From the NCBI GenBank assembly GCA_976226885.1, contig OZ320320.1, positions 66,650,001 through 66,714,000 of the forward strand: DNA of 64,000 bases, in the 5' to 3' direction. Below, piece by piece: positions 49,725-64,000 of this stretch. Below the pieces are notes generated by a model, which was not told the origin of the DNA, did not search any database, and saw nothing but the letters and a program-made list of their open reading frames with translations. How positions within the stretch are numbered: position 1 is the stretch's first letter; each line of letters starts with the position of its first letter. This DNA is from Iphione sp. A-MEVVRFRX5 (lineage: Eukaryota). The position numbers were made by a program, and so were the translations under genes.

Positions 49725-52700
49725 TTTTACACATATGCAAGAAATGCTTTAAGAGATGTCAAGTAAACCCAATAATTGCTTGGCTGTTTCTATTTCTGTG
49801 TTTTGTTATTTCTGAAAAGCTCTGCCATATTCAGTCCTGAATACATGTATCTGCTGTTATAGGTTTCAAAATGTAATTTTGGTAATTCTTCGAGGTTACC
49901 TCTGAATGAAAGTTTCAATTTAGTTCATTATAGTTGTCGCGGGACAACGTGTTGTTGTGCAAATTTGGGGCTCCAGGAAGCCTCCAGGAGTCATTTTCAC
50001 GTTTCCCTTGGTATCCCCCTGCAGACAATGTGTTGTTGTATGAATTTGGGGCTCCAGGGAGGCTCCAAAAGTCATTTTCAAAGGTAGAAATGAATAACCC
50101 CCTACAGACGTTTAGGACTCTTACTTGTTAAATTCAGCACTTTCAGGACTCTTACTCATTAAAGTCAATAATAAATACATGTATAAATGAAAACAGTTGT
50201 CATTTGTCATTTGTCTAATATACACATCTCATATACTGCTAAGTGATCTAAAATGAGGACACTTCTAAAATCTTGACAGTTTGGGACGGAACCCAGGGTG
50301 TCCACACTTGGGTTTAGCTGTATTTAGTCCAACACTTCCAGCGTAGGCTGTACCTTGTTTTACAAGTGGAACAAGTGTTTTTACGGCAGTTTTGAACTCG
50401 GATATTCAACCATACCAGAACCGTACAAATAAATGTGTATTATACTTCCATGTATATGGACAATTCTTCCAGAGCTCAGACTACATAGTGCCGGAGAGAA
50501 CGATTCTACGACTCTGAACAGGATTGTTTCCATGTCTACAGGGGCTCCGGGCTCTGGGCTCTGCATCTAGAGGTGTCCGGAGACGGTTAACGGCAATATC
50601 TGTAAATGAACCCGGACTCTTAACCCACTAAAAGTATAAAAGTGGTGGTATTAATCAGGCAAAGGCTAAACTGTCCAACTGTTAGATGGTATGATTTTTG
50701 ACATATCCTTGACATAAAAACTGGTTCAGTTGGAATTCTTTGTGATTGGCATAAAACACAGTTTTGACAGATACATTTACATACACGCACACTGCTTCTC
50801 CCCACCCATACACATGGAAAGGGGGGTTCTGTAAGGGTCCAGCATGGTCTTGAAAATGGTTTGAAATCCCCAGATAGCTCCATACATAGAAAAGAGTCCG
50901 CACATGGAAAGCATAAGTTGGCAATATTTGTTTCAAATTCTGTCACAGTAATGGCAAAGCTGGCCAAGGTTTTTGGCAATACACACAGGGATGTTCAAGC
51001 AAGTTCTCTTAAAGAGGATTTCTTGTTCCGATATTTGATGGCATCAGTAAAAATAAAGTACAGAGTCAATATCCCGCTCATAACTCTATGGCTTGTTCAG
51101 CATGTATGCAGTGTGAATTATGAAAGCGTGAATTTGTGCATGTATACTCACAACCTGCAATTAGCACTATGTAATATATAGGAAATACTGCTGTGCTGTT
51201 TGGGACTATGATATAGTAGTCTCCCCTGCCATCTGGTCTCCCCTGTGATCTGGTGTTTAGGTGAGAGTCCACTATACATATACAAAGTAGTGCCTAATAA
51301 TAACAAACCACTTGATGATTAAAGCCCTGACGCTCCAAAAGTTGGATACTCTTGTATTTTTTAGACATGCTTATTATACATCTCCTAACAATAGACTTTT
51401 CTCCGTAAGCACTTCTCTTATCGTGCATATCTTGGGAGTTTTCCGTTTACCATCCCTCCTGATTTGATCTTTCAATTAAATTTGACAGTGAAATCTTGAA
51501 ACGGCGTTCTTCCCTTTGTGACCCTTAGCGTTCCTATGTTACTACACTTCTGTAAGCTACAAGAGCTTCAGCTTCCCTTCAATCTGATCGTTTCATTTAG
51601 AATAAGTATTTACTCCATCTGTCACAACCAGATGGTTCATTTTGTCAGAGTACCGAGATTGCAGGCAGGTACTTATCCTTCTCACTAAGGGTACAATCTT
51701 CAGTCTAAATGAATTCCCATGAGTACGGAAATTAGCTTCTGGGTTAGATATTACTTTTCACACATAATATATACCAAAAATATCATTTAAAAAGAGGACT
51801 TTAGAGATATAAAGTGTTTACTATAAGTTCTTGCCTACGTTTTTCATTGTTTGGAATAACAAAGAGGAAAGGTATTAAATGTATATAAGGTCATATTTGG
51901 CTTGTTGTCATCGAAGTTGAACAGATCCACTGTCTTTGTCGTACGAACCTTCCTGAACGGCCCCACCCCTAATTTACATAACCGTTAGAATTTACATAAC
52001 TCCATCACCGTGATTCATGATCAAGTGTGGCTTAATTAATCTCATAATCTCATATGGACACGCATACAAAAATAGACCTTAGTCTCAATATGTCATTCTA
52101 GACAGCAAATTACCCACTGAATATTGTGATGGAGTGGGCATGGTCCACCCCTGCCAAACTGGCGCTGTCCCTAGAAAGGTAGAGGCGCCATTCATCGTGT
52201 TGTACATAAGACAAAAGGCCTAAAAAAAGGTAAGATAATAGTACTCTTGGGAGGAGTATCATTTCCGAGTAGGAGTATTTTCTGTAATATACAAGACTAT
52301 TTTTTGTGTGTCTACCATCGGCGCTAATACATACAGTGGAATGCCACCTAAGAGGCATGTCTCAGATCAGGACACACTTCAAATGAGGACACTTTGCGGA
52401 AGAACCGAAATATTTCCTTTGAACAGAACGGGAAAATCAAAAGAATGTCACCTTGCAGACACCCTCAGGTTGTTACTATGAAAACAGGGAAGTTCGCGTT
52501 TCCTTTAATCAATCAATGAATAATCAATCAACCCTTTAGGTTTCCCCTTTAAATATAGTTGAAGGCCAGGGAGATGTGTGGAGGTGAGGTTGCGCTTTCT
52601 CTAGGCTCCCACCTTTGAAGTCAGTACAAGGGAATTATATTGTAATGTGACCATGGTCCGAAGACTGGTGTGCCAAGGTTCAGGGACTGCTCGAAATAAA

Positions 52701-54059
52701 GAATGTCCACAAAAGAAAATTTGCTTCACTCACATGGTGAATTATGCTAGGTGTCTCTCTCTACGTGAAGGGAGAGAGTGTCTCCTTGTTTTCCTGAAGC
52801 ATCAGCCTTATACACAGTGATGGTTACATAACAAATTTATTTCAACAAATCCATCTCAGAAGCATTACCAGGATATTGGAACAAGTTACCAGACTCAGAA
52901 TAGCTAGAACAGATCCGGCACCATACTTTATTTATGATATGCATGTAGTTCCATCTGTAGCTGTGTCAGGACAGATCAATGAATCGATGCTTTAGAAAAA
53001 AGAGTGAAAAGATTGCACATTGCATCATAAACCTAGAAGTAATACAGCGTTACATGCTAAGTCGGTGAGTTGACTTTGAATGGTAGAAGTATCAAGACTG
53101 ACAGTCTTGAAAAAACACAAAGAAAACTCCAGTAGTTCTAGCCCATAATAGGTGAATTTGGCAGAGAAAGAAGAACAAAAACAGCAGCAATAAGAATTTC
53201 ACCATTCAAAAGCAAATAAAAACCTGTATACCTAACTAGTTCATTAACAACATGCTTTTAATAAGGAATAACCTTCATTGTCGTCTGTGTAAACACATGA
53301 GTTTAAGAAGTACACTTTCCAAGAACCTTGAAACATGTTTGCCTTACATGATTGTCCTAATTGTGTATGTGATACTCAGAATACGTGCCAGTTTATGTGT
53401 AAATAGCATAATGTCATAGGCTATCGAACAGTTTGATTGACAGATATTTTGACCGTAAAACATGTTGTCCTGTCACGCAGCGATGTGTCAATTTCTATTC
53501 TCAGAATTTGTAGTGTACATTGTATTTGTAGATTGTAGACCATGTGACAAATATCTGTACACGTATCTTAATACATTGTTGTAATGCCCACTAATTTAAG
53601 AGAACCTTTGTAAATTTTATATACATTCAAGACTGCGTTTTCTAGTATGCATATCTCGTGCTATGCCACCTTTTCTTACCTATCCACGGTATTTGTGCAT
53701 GTGAACTTCTGAAGTTGACCATAGACCTCGGTAGACAAAACCTTACATTACGATGTATCATGGATTCTACCATCTGACGATGCTTCCAACCAGATACTAG
53801 AATCAACTACATGTACTTGTATCAGCAAAACCATTTGCCTACGTTTTGTTATATGTACATGCCAGTAGACAAACTTGTATATTGGTTTTATAGTAGGTGA
53901 AACAGAATACCTAAGTTTTGTTTATAGCGAGCTTTACTTATAACGAAAACCCAGAGTAGTATACAAGTAAAATGCAGTATCTCTCAATGCTGCCCAAAAA
54001 GAAGGCTCTCTAGCCAAATTGCTGAGGTAACAGGAAACTTAACCAACTATACCGCAACC

Positions 54060-54360
54060 CCATCCTAGCACCTTATATGGAGTGTGGCAGGGTTCCCCAG
54101 CCAGATAGCCATGGCAACTGAGAACTTTGCCAACCCGTCTCAGCACATGTGGCATAACTCCTCAGTCAGGAGCAGCTCCATAAGTGAAAAATATCTAGCC
54201 CCAGTGCCACCACCTTATTAGGAGTGCAGCAGGGGAAAATCCCCAGCCAGAGACAAATCCCCAGCTCCCCGCACACTAAAAGGAGTGCGACATGACTCCC
54301 AGTCAGGGCTTGGATCACTTGATGGAAAATCCCAAGCCCTCCAGCACCTTATATGGTTAC
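54060..54360. repeat. Degenerate ~135-140 bp tandem repeat
   Basis: caccttat(a/t)..gg..tg at ~54070, ~54211 and ~54345; ccccagccaga recurs. Confidence 0.5.
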
Positions 54361-56789
54361 CATGACGCATTAGTTTAGAGAACTGCACAACACCTGCAAA
54401 CATATTCCTGTGTATGTGGCAGGAACTGCATTAACAATGAAAAAAACAACCCCTATTCCTCTATATTAGCAGCAGGGTTCTGCTCTAGAAAGTCAGGCAG
54501 ACAGATAAACGCACAACCTCCAACCTTCTTCACACAGTCTAGAAGCCAGCTATATGCCAGCTACAGAGCAATAGCCCCTTTGTTACATGCATCAGTAATA
54601 CAGTATGTATCTTCTGATAAATTGAACTTTATTCATGTGGTTAAACAGACATAATACCACTCATGCAGACCATGTTTTTCTGCGAATGTGTACTGCACTA
54701 GTGCAGTATAGGGTCAAAGATTAACTGCGTACCATTTTTACCCAAACCAAGCTGGTGAACACCTGTCAATTCAATTTTTTAATAAACAATTATTATGAAA
54801 ATAGAGAGTTCTTGGTGAAATACTTAATAGGATGACATACATCTATCATTTACATACCTTTTAGATCTCTGCTGATGTCATTTTGATGCCTGTTTGCTCT
54901 TCAAAGTTTTTGCAAGGAGCATCATGTTTGTAAAAACAGGAAGTAAACAAACTCTTTGTCAAGTGTGCATGCCTGAACCAACCTACCGTGTGCAATAGTT
55001 AAAATTTGTTAGACAAATGGTTTTTGAGTGGAAAAAAATACTTCATCAAGAATCCTTTTCAAAGGTAGACCTGATTATAACTTTCACTAAATCAGTGTGG
55101 AATAAAGGCACTACCACACTTAACAGTAGTGATACATTGTTTGGCATTCGTTCGCATTGACCACACTCCATGCGAACTCATGCCAAGTGATATACCACCA
55201 CTGCTCTAGAGCACGGTCCTCATCTTCAGTCCAACTGATCAAATCACAATGGATAGATCAAACATCTTTTACAGAGGGAAAGAGGTACACCCGATGCAGA
55301 TACTGGCCAATCATCATCAGTAGTAAAGTGCCTACCAGAACCATGACCAACACAGTTCAATGCACAACTAGATCAGTCTGCAACAAACACAAACAGCTAA
55401 CACCAGGCATTCACACTCTCAACAAGGCTCTATCTATAAAATATTAATGCACCATTATCCCACAGAGGGATAAACCAAACATATTCATCAGCTAAAAGAT
55501 TATAAGCTTAGGAAGTTTTGATGAAGCTAGATGATCATGGCTTTTTGGCACACCCTCATCAGCGGGAGTACCAGTGAAAAAAAGAAGGAAGGGAAAAGTA
55601 AGGAGACCATATAACGAGGACAGAATACGTCTACAAATTAGAAAAGAGGAAAAACAAATAAGTATATAATAATGATATGGATATTCCCTCTTCTTGCTGC
55701 ACGTTGGAAGCCATGTCTCGTGCAGAGTCGAATAGGAAATTGGCTGAGGAGTCACAAAGATCACGTCGGTTGGCGAATCTGTCGGACGATCGAATGACCG
55801 TCGAATCATGTTCGACTCAAATTCAGCTCCCTAATTATATTGTCTCTTTTGTAGATCATCCGTTGAAACCGGCTGGTACATACGCTATCAAGTGATGTAT
55901 TTGCTTGCCTAATTCCAAATAAGTTCCTTTTAATTTGCTCGTGCCACCACCCTCCTCCATGCTGGTGGGGACCGATTGTAATGAGCAAACCACCGAGGCA
56001 GATCGATACCCAACAGGTGCTTGCTGATACCCTGCTATCCGGGATCCCGGATGCTTTTTCCCCCCTTCGATCAATGCTCTACGTCAAACAAGAGCAGATA
56101 GAGAGGCTCGTGTGGCTAACATTGACGGGCCGGGCTTATCGTCGCTAGTACAACCAGAAAAGGGGATGCCGGAAAGTAATTAGCCACGCAAGCATCCGTC
56201 CAACTTCGAAACTTCATTAAATTCACTCCTTTATACCCAACGACAAGTGAAGATATCGCCGAGGAAGCTACCTGTCCACTGGTCTCCCTGGCATAATGAT
56301 GTTCTGTTCATAGTGTCATCTTGATGTTATATTGGCAACCAGTTATATTGGCAACGTACTGAACGCAGTGATGTTACGGTCTGTCTCTGCCAACATACCC
56401 CACCTGTCATATCGCCTCCCTAATGGTATGCCACGGAAGTTTTGTCGTGGGTGACTTCATCTGTGAGAATATCCTCCAATGCATTTTTATGTAATCGTTC
56501 ATGTAATTTTATATCCTGGACTGACCTCTCTCTTACCTGACCTCACCTTTCTAACCAGAAGTCCAGATCATCCATGTGAGATTTCAGGAGAAGGAAACAT
56601 TTTCAATTACATGTATATGTAATTGTAAAAAACAGCGGGTATCTATGTGTCATAGCCAAGTCATACATTCCTTTGAAGAAGAAACGATAGAGGATAATAT
56701 AACTATACGTGTTGTATTTTTTTTATATCTGATAAAAAAAGATGGCACAAAGTGTGTACATATATGCAGCGTTATAAACTATTTTTGGA

Positions 56790-58260
56790 GTTCTAGCGTG
56801 TGGTAGCTCAGAGATACACGGATATTGTGGTGTTGACAGATAAGTGACTTTCTCATAAAATACCTGATAGGACACTTACACTAGGCGAGTATACGTTTTG
56901 AGGCAGGACGAGGGTATAACACAAGCTGTAAAAGAAGGGGAGGGGGCGAGTATTGATAGATGTGAAATGTTGTTTAGCAGAAAAGAAGTATGCAATGCAC
57001 GAGGAGTGTTGTAATAGTAAGGGCCTTGAATCTCTCTGGCTGGACATCATGACTAATGATATAAACAGAATGTTGGTTGAGGACCAGTATAGCCCACCCG
57101 ATGGAAAGTAAGGAAGGGGCCATTAAGATAAGGAAAACATTGAATATGTTTGAAAATATGAAGTATGTTCTATTATCTGCGGATGAGATTGACTTAGGGG
57201 AACTTTAGCAAATGGTGAAAGAGAGCACTAGGGTAATAAGACACACTAGATGAAGTCTGGACCTGCTTATTACAAACATGAAAGGTTTTGTATCCATGGA
57301 AAAGGTCACACTGACATTTCATAAGAAAAAATACGGGGCTGACTGGGGACACTTGTGGAAATCTAGTGACATCAAGGTCAGATGGGAATGTTTAAATATA
57401 GTTATATGCATGATACATCATGTAATCTATTCAGGGAGGGTTCTTAAGATCAACAGGAAGAATATTGCTTGGGTTGACACTCAAGGTCTGGAAAAGACCA
57501 GACCCAGTAATAAGTTATTCAAAAAGGCAAGACAATTGGGTTTGGGGGCTATCAGGCATTATGCACGGGTATACAGAACGTATGTTAGGCTTCTGGAAAA
57601 AGAAAATGGCCATGAATAAGGAGTCAAGATAATTTCGGAAAATTCTGACATAATTTGGCATTGAGAATGGGACTGGGGAGGAAAGGACATCAACACCTGA
57701 AGGTGGCGAAAGAAAATAAATTGGTACCAGTTCTTCATGTTAATGCTACAAGCGCTTTCTCCTTCAGCATCGGAGGTAATTTGATCAACGAAATGGATCA
57801 ATATATGATAGATAGCAAGATACGTATGAACCATTTGAATCGTTCTGTGGTAACTATGATCCGAGTGTCTTGGTATATTAGGTCATTGAAAAATCAAAAT
57901 CCCTCTTGAGTTCAATTTATACTAACAGCCTATCTTAAGACTGGGTTAATGGGTGTGCTCCCACACACAAATAGTCTATAAACAAGGTGGTTTATAGGTC
58001 ACAATATGCCAATGGCCTGGAGGCAGGCAGTGGTCAGACCATTGAGCACAAGATAATAGACAAGAAAATAGAAATTCACAGACTGGTTAACATGGGTAAT
58101 GGCATGACGGTAGAGGTCACTGAGACTCCCTTAGAGCAAAGCCTTTGAAGGAGGGTTTCAAGACATTAAATTTAGGGGAAATGCTTTATAGGATAAACTC
58201 CTAGTTCACTGCAAAATTCCGCCATATAGCTCTGGGAACACCCCTGCAACAGGACGGATG
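56790..58260 (+). mobile_element. Degenerate CR1/L2-group LINE ORF2 fragment (APE endonuclease to start of RT)
   Basis: Ordered remnants: RRGGG (~56935), GLESLWLDI, QMVKESTR..SLDLLITN (~57210-57280), AW..RPSNKLFKKAR, MPMAWRQAVVRPL (~58005-58045), SKAFE; multiple stops. Confidence 0.75.
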
Positions 58261-59279
58261 TATGAGCCATGGATAGTGGAATACATATCTTGAGCGTAGC
58301 ACGTGTAAAAATGTAAGGTTTAATTTCCATGTTCAGGCATGTGTTCCTGTGTTTCATGCCTATTCCTGTAGATATTTACACGGTAGTTAGGGGGGAAATG
58401 TATGGATGTATTTCCATGTAACTTTGTTTTCTCATCTGTGTTTGTGCCTGCTCCCTGCCTTTCCCAGGGTACAGTAGCCAAAAGAACACATAACAGGGCA
58501 AATAAATCAAATTATTTCTACAAATAATCAAACAAAAGAAAATTTGTCCCTGCTCTTGATTTCAAAGATAGTTCTAGACAGAGAGAGCACCGTACGTGTG
58601 CATGGACATCCCTCTCGATGAGCGTCTGGAATTGTTGGAATAATTGGCCCTATCTCCCAGACTGCCGGGTATACAGAGAAAAACAATTGATACATTGAAG
58701 CATAGCCTTATGTATGATACAGGTTTAAGGCCCGGTTTCCATATGTGCAGTGGATGTCCATCTGCATTACCTTGTGTTACCTTGGGTTTTGAAGAACAGA
58801 TTGATTTTAGCTTAGGCTGTCATTTGTGTGCATGTGTGTGTGGGGGGGTGAACTTGGTGTCCAATTTTCATTATTAAACACTGCCCAATAATTTCATGCA
58901 CAAACACGCAAACGTCAAGTAGTTTACAGCAGATATTATTTGGAGGAGGCAATGTTGAAGTAAAATAACATGATTACAGCAAAATGCATGGATATATTTG
59001 CCCTTTTCCCTACTTTTTCCACTGTTTTTCTTACTTTTCAGTCAAATTTATTGATCTATTATGCTATTCCCAATTAATTTGCCAGTTGTTTATAATTTTC
59101 CTGTAAAGTCCACCGGGTTTTGCAACTATTCCTCTCAAATTTGTCAATTTTTATATTTTTCCCAGTGAGATTCACTAATTTCTGCCACTATCCTCATCAA
59201 ATTTGCCAGTTTTCATGCTTTTTTCAGTCAAATTTTGCCGGTGTTTGTATATCCATCAAGGATCTATCATTGGTTCTAA

Positions 59280-59280
<1 letters not shown>

Positions 59281-59333
<53 letters not shown>
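59281..59333. repeat. (CT)n microsatellite
   Basis: Directly visible. Confidence 0.95.
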
Positions 59334-59337
<4 letters not shown>

Positions 59338-62214
59338 TTCCCACAGCCTCATACAACCTCACACAAGGCATATGGAACACACTTCTCTGTGAAGCATGAG
59401 GCTGCGGGAAAAATGAAACACATGGTGACAGACACCAATGCACAAAATTTATGGTATAACTGGGCCTTAAACAGTGACAAGAAGGAAACGGATGTCCTAA
59501 TTGTGGTTGTCGGGTATCGTCTGACTAAGCTCTCAGCACAGAGAGAGTAAATGGCAGAGCGCCTAATTTCAGCAGAGTAGGGAATATATGTTAGGAAACA
59601 GGTAAACATCGTCTCTTCTGTATATACTCCATTTCATCACATCCTATTTATCCTTCTACATGGTGTAATATTTAACAGTGCTGTGCTTGTGACGAGTGTT
59701 CTGATGTCTCAAGTTCAATGTTTAAGTTGTCGGGATAGATAGTTATAAAAATATCTTAAAAGTACGTTATCATTGCATAATTCATTCAATTTATATTGCA
59801 GACACCAGATGAACCATTAGTTACAATTAAGCAGTGTAGAATATATAAGACCATGTGATAAAATCTTCAGCGTGAGGTTTGTTCAAGGAGCCTTGTAATG
59901 AAATAGCTCTAATAAACCGTGTACCTATATAATTATGTGCATGTAGCTTAACGTCATCTTTTTCCGACTGCCATCATTTATTGGGCGACATTGGGGGGAC
60001 GTTTGTGGCTTTGTGCACGTGTCTCTTTTTTTAACGAATGTATGAACGTTTATGGATTCCAGCAAAATGCATAATATGCTGTACAAAACGGCGCGATGTC
60101 TTTGGGTCTGTGTGCCTGAGTCTAGTAATGGATCAACGTATGAAGTGCGTCCAAGTCCAGTTTGGAGTCCACATGTCTGGCTGTCCATAGAACTCAACGT
60201 GGAAGGTAGTACGCTGATCATAAGGGAGCAGATTTACAGTACAGGATTCCTGTACTGCCAAGCCAAAATATGCCTCCTATTTCACGAATCAGTCAATGTA
60301 AAATGTATTAAACAATTAGACTAAAGTAAGCATGACATTCTATTTGTGTGAGTCGCAATAGGTACCTATTCCGGCGTAGTATTTGTAAAGAAATTTGAAC
60401 AGGGATTTATTTACTCTTATTAATACGAAGTTTAGTCCTGGAATTACTGGACAGACATTCAGTGACGATAAGAACATTGAGCAACCTTCAAGGTATTGTC
60501 TATTATTCCTTTGATAGTACTCTTTTGGCGGGCTATGTGCGATGTTTGTGTCAACACCAAACACTTCTTGTGTGTCACGTTTCTATAGACTGAAACTTGT
60601 GTATAATCATATAAGACTTCGAAATAATTATCCTCGGAAAGTGGATTAGTTATCACCCATAACTCATTAGACTACGTTAAAGCCTCGTCGTGTCAACAAA
60701 AAAATTACCACCACAAAATACACTAAATTATGTGTCTGATTCTAAATGGATGTACGCTGTCAATACATAAACATCAACTCTTGTAAAATCTGTAGATCAT
60801 TTCTGTTGTCATGTCATATCATTTATCAAAATGACGCAGCCATATTTTTTCACAACATCATTCGTCTCGTTGATGTAAATATTTTCCTTTCAAATTCAGA
60901 TGGAACCGACTCCATTACATACCAGAAATGCGAGACTCTAAAAGCGGGGCTTCTATTTTATTCCTGACAGAAACGCAGTCAGATCCAACATGATTCATAC
61001 CATGACCAAATCACACGTATGTACTCATACCATGACCACCTCACACACACCGTACCATTTCAATGACAATGTTTTCATTTCATTTTTTTCATTTCATTCC
61101 TTTGTATATTTAACCAGGAACTAGATATTCAACTATCATTTTAACTGTTCTTCCCTATCTTCCTGGGATAGCATATACTACCATCTATTATTGCGAATTG
61201 AGGGACCAGAATACCTGGGTTTGTCCCATACCATAGAGGACTGAATTATACCTAGCTACAGATTCTCAGCCATACGGGAGCATGGAACTGTCTAAAATCC
61301 AACACCCTTCTCATCTCTCTGGTAGATTTCATCGGATTTGGTTCTGTATCCATAACGAATAGTTTATGATTTTGAACTGGAATCAAGTTTCTGGTCGACG
61401 AAACAAACACTACACAAAGGACCTATAAATAATTGGCTATAACTAGAGAATAAGGACAACCCTACAACTCTAAGAAATATTCTAAATAACTATCAGGATT
61501 TGTATTAGCAAGCAACCACATTTGTCTGCTTGAAGAAAATGATCGCCGACACTCATCTCTGCATGTTGACCGTATCCTACGACGGAATGTTCATATCATT
61601 GTTGGCTATACTTTCTATTATGGTAAGCCTGGCCCCAAAGCAAAAACACGCCAGTCGTAAAGCACTTCTCTGTCCATTTACATTGCGGGCACACTCGGCC
61701 GTAGACAGGCGAAGGGAGGCCGGCACCAGTGGTGGTGGCGTAAATGGTGGCTTCCTGAGGCTTGGGCCGGATCATTGGGTTAGGAGATAGGAGATCTGTA
61801 ATTAAAGTAAGGATTATGGGGTCAGGGATAGGTGAGCTGTAGGTAAGGTAGGGATCACGAAGTGATATATGAGTCGATGGGTCACTATATATTCTCATTT
61901 CACTCTCATGATCATATGCATGCTCACACACACCCATACACACATTCCCACAATCTGTTGTACATAAACAATCGCTGCAAATATCCAGCGAACTATTGTA
62001 TATTGTCATTATCACGACCTCATCTGTAAATACCATTAATGACTGTCGAAGCGGATTTTCCTGAGAATAAGTACTATATGTATATATGTATCAGGATAAA
62101 AAAAGAATTTTTTACAAATCTGTGTATACGAGTGCGTGCATGTGAATTTGTGCATGTCAACCTGTAGCTTGTACGTGTATGTATGTGAGTATGTGTATAT
62201 GGTTGTGTGTCTGA

Positions 62215-62219
<5 letters not shown>

Positions 62220-62260
<41 letters not shown>
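62220..62260. repeat. (CT)n microsatellite
   Basis: Directly visible. Confidence 0.95.
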
Positions 62261-62266
<6 letters not shown>

Positions 62267-64000
62267 CACTTCACTCTACCCTCACAGTCTCCATCACACA
62301 CGCAGGAAAGGTGCTGACAAAGAAGACTCGAATGATTTGGTCTGGCAGCCACAAGAAACACGGCTGATCCGCCATTCATTTATAAATATTTTATGTTTGA
62401 TTTGTCATTGTAGCATTATCAACCAACTGGTCAGCCCATGAAGGCTGCTGCGCATTTCACTCATTGTGAATGCACTTATTCTGTTTGACTTACGTATTCT
62501 CTTCAATCACGTGGCAGTGGGTGGGAGGTGGGGGGGGTTGCACAAGCGGAAATAAGATGTATTTTGGAAAGGACGGCGTTGCCTTTCGGCCATGCGCAGA
62601 TCGACTAACGAACCCGGCGATTGGCTGTTACCTCAGATAGCATCGCTGCACTACGTCCTCCAGAGCGACCGTGGCTTACTGGAAACCTGCCCCGAGAGGA
62701 GCACAGCAAACAACAGAAATTGGCGGTTATTTAAGCATCAGGTTCTTGTTTGGTCTCCACGTGTGGGAGGTCCACGTGTGACAGATACCTCCCTAAAAGT
62801 TTCTAAGGAGCGCTCTGCTACATAACGAGGTGACGAAGCATGATTAACTCATCAGTTGGATCTTCTCCTACCATCAAAGGATCAATAGATGTGAGGCTGT
62901 GGCTGCTATACAGGAGAAACTTTGTTACACCCCCGCTCCACCTACGTCCGTCCTTAATATCATTACCCTAACTAGCTCCCGCACTTACATCATTATCCCC
63001 CCCTATCTATTTTGATGTCTTACCTTAATCCCAAGCAATGTACTCTACGTTATTTAAAGAGATATAATACGAATAATTTTTTTCAGGTTTGCAAGCCCTC
63101 TCCTTTGAAGCATAGATTTTCCATTTGGGAAAACGATCCCATCCACTACAGGATTAATATAGATATTGCTTGTAACATTGCCGGTCGTAAATGTGGAAGC
63201 TGGAAATAAACACTCTGTTCAAGGTTGATGACTGATATCTATTGATTGGCTTTACACAAAGACACGATATGTGTAATGTGAGTGATTCATTCATAGCTCT
63301 CGTCAAGCATGGCACACCATACGCGATGAATTCCAAACTTCAAGAGGTGTTTTCATGGTTTAACTACTGACGCAGAAGTACGTCAGCCTCTAGTCATAAT
63401 ACTAGCATTCATTCATTGCTGACCCAGAGAATAGTCCCCCATCAATTTGACATAGAAATCAGCATTGGCAAAAACGGGTTTATTTTTAATGACACCCAGG
63501 CCGTATCGGAACAACAGTGACATTCAAACCAGTGATTTGTCACGGCTCAGAAATACCTGGGGGGGGGCAAAATCCTTATAAATGATAGGAATTCAAGGGT
63601 AGAAGTGAGGACCGTCCACACCGAGGAAGGTGGTACTTCAAAATACTATCAGGTCGTTTGCATTTAGTCTGGATTTCTTAAATTGATAAATTTGTTGAAG
63701 AAAATAACAACTAGACAAACAAAATCCAACACATCTTCTTAGAACCCAGATTGTACAGACATCAAAAATATGCTGAGCACCCTTTTCATAGACTTAGGCC
63801 CGGTTTCCATTCTGCATTGGTGTCTGGTCCTTTGTGAGTGCATTGCCATGTATTTTTAACAAACATGGTGACTTCATTGTGGGTGTTCCATAAATGTGTT
63901 GGTATGTGTGTATTGACATGCATTGCTCGTTTTTGGACATTAATTATTTTCCCACAACTCACATCAATGCACCAGTAGGATAGAGTATATTATGTCCCTT

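Noticed and set aside
56880-56925. Strongly signalled 46-nt minus-strand exon (LCYTLVLPQNVYSPS)
   Set aside because: Its pyrimidine tract is the antisense of the RRGGG motif of the CR1/L2 endonuclease remnant, so it is probably fortuitous; at most a TE-derived UTR exon.
61060-61420. tRNA-derived SINE with (ATGAA)n tail on the minus strand
   Set aside because: A and B boxes are very degenerate and too close together; cannot be supported without a family search.

Overview
Eukaryotic (animal) genomic DNA, about 60% AT by eye, mostly intronic and repeat-rich, with one 131-N gap. The microsatellites, TE families and strong TACATGTA excess suggest a marine invertebrate bilaterian (inference only). 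There is no prokaryotic operon, rRNA, tRNA or CRISPR array, and most ORF-track entries are spurious. Main content: (1) A minus-strand multi-exon gene that I assembled by hand from GT-AG signals and exon phases (exons about 46851-46927, 46542-46581, 30759-30852, 27263-27385, 8035-8191, 7033-7078). It encodes an unrecognised ~178-aa protein with secreted-prohormone features (RTKR, DDTYEEY-GRR, Cys-containing C-terminal part). (2) The probable promoter and first coding exon of a second minus-strand gene at ~4.3-4.5 kb. (3) Transposons: a full-length decayed RTE LINE with an 11-bp TSD, a young Penelope-like (Neptune-type) GIY-YIG insertion with a 15-bp TSD, a 5' poly(T) and a hammerhead-like motif, a decayed CR1/L2-group LINE, a possible MULE relic and several MITEs. 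(4) GC-rich blocks carrying CTCF consensus motifs. All calls are from reading the sequence; no database searches were run.
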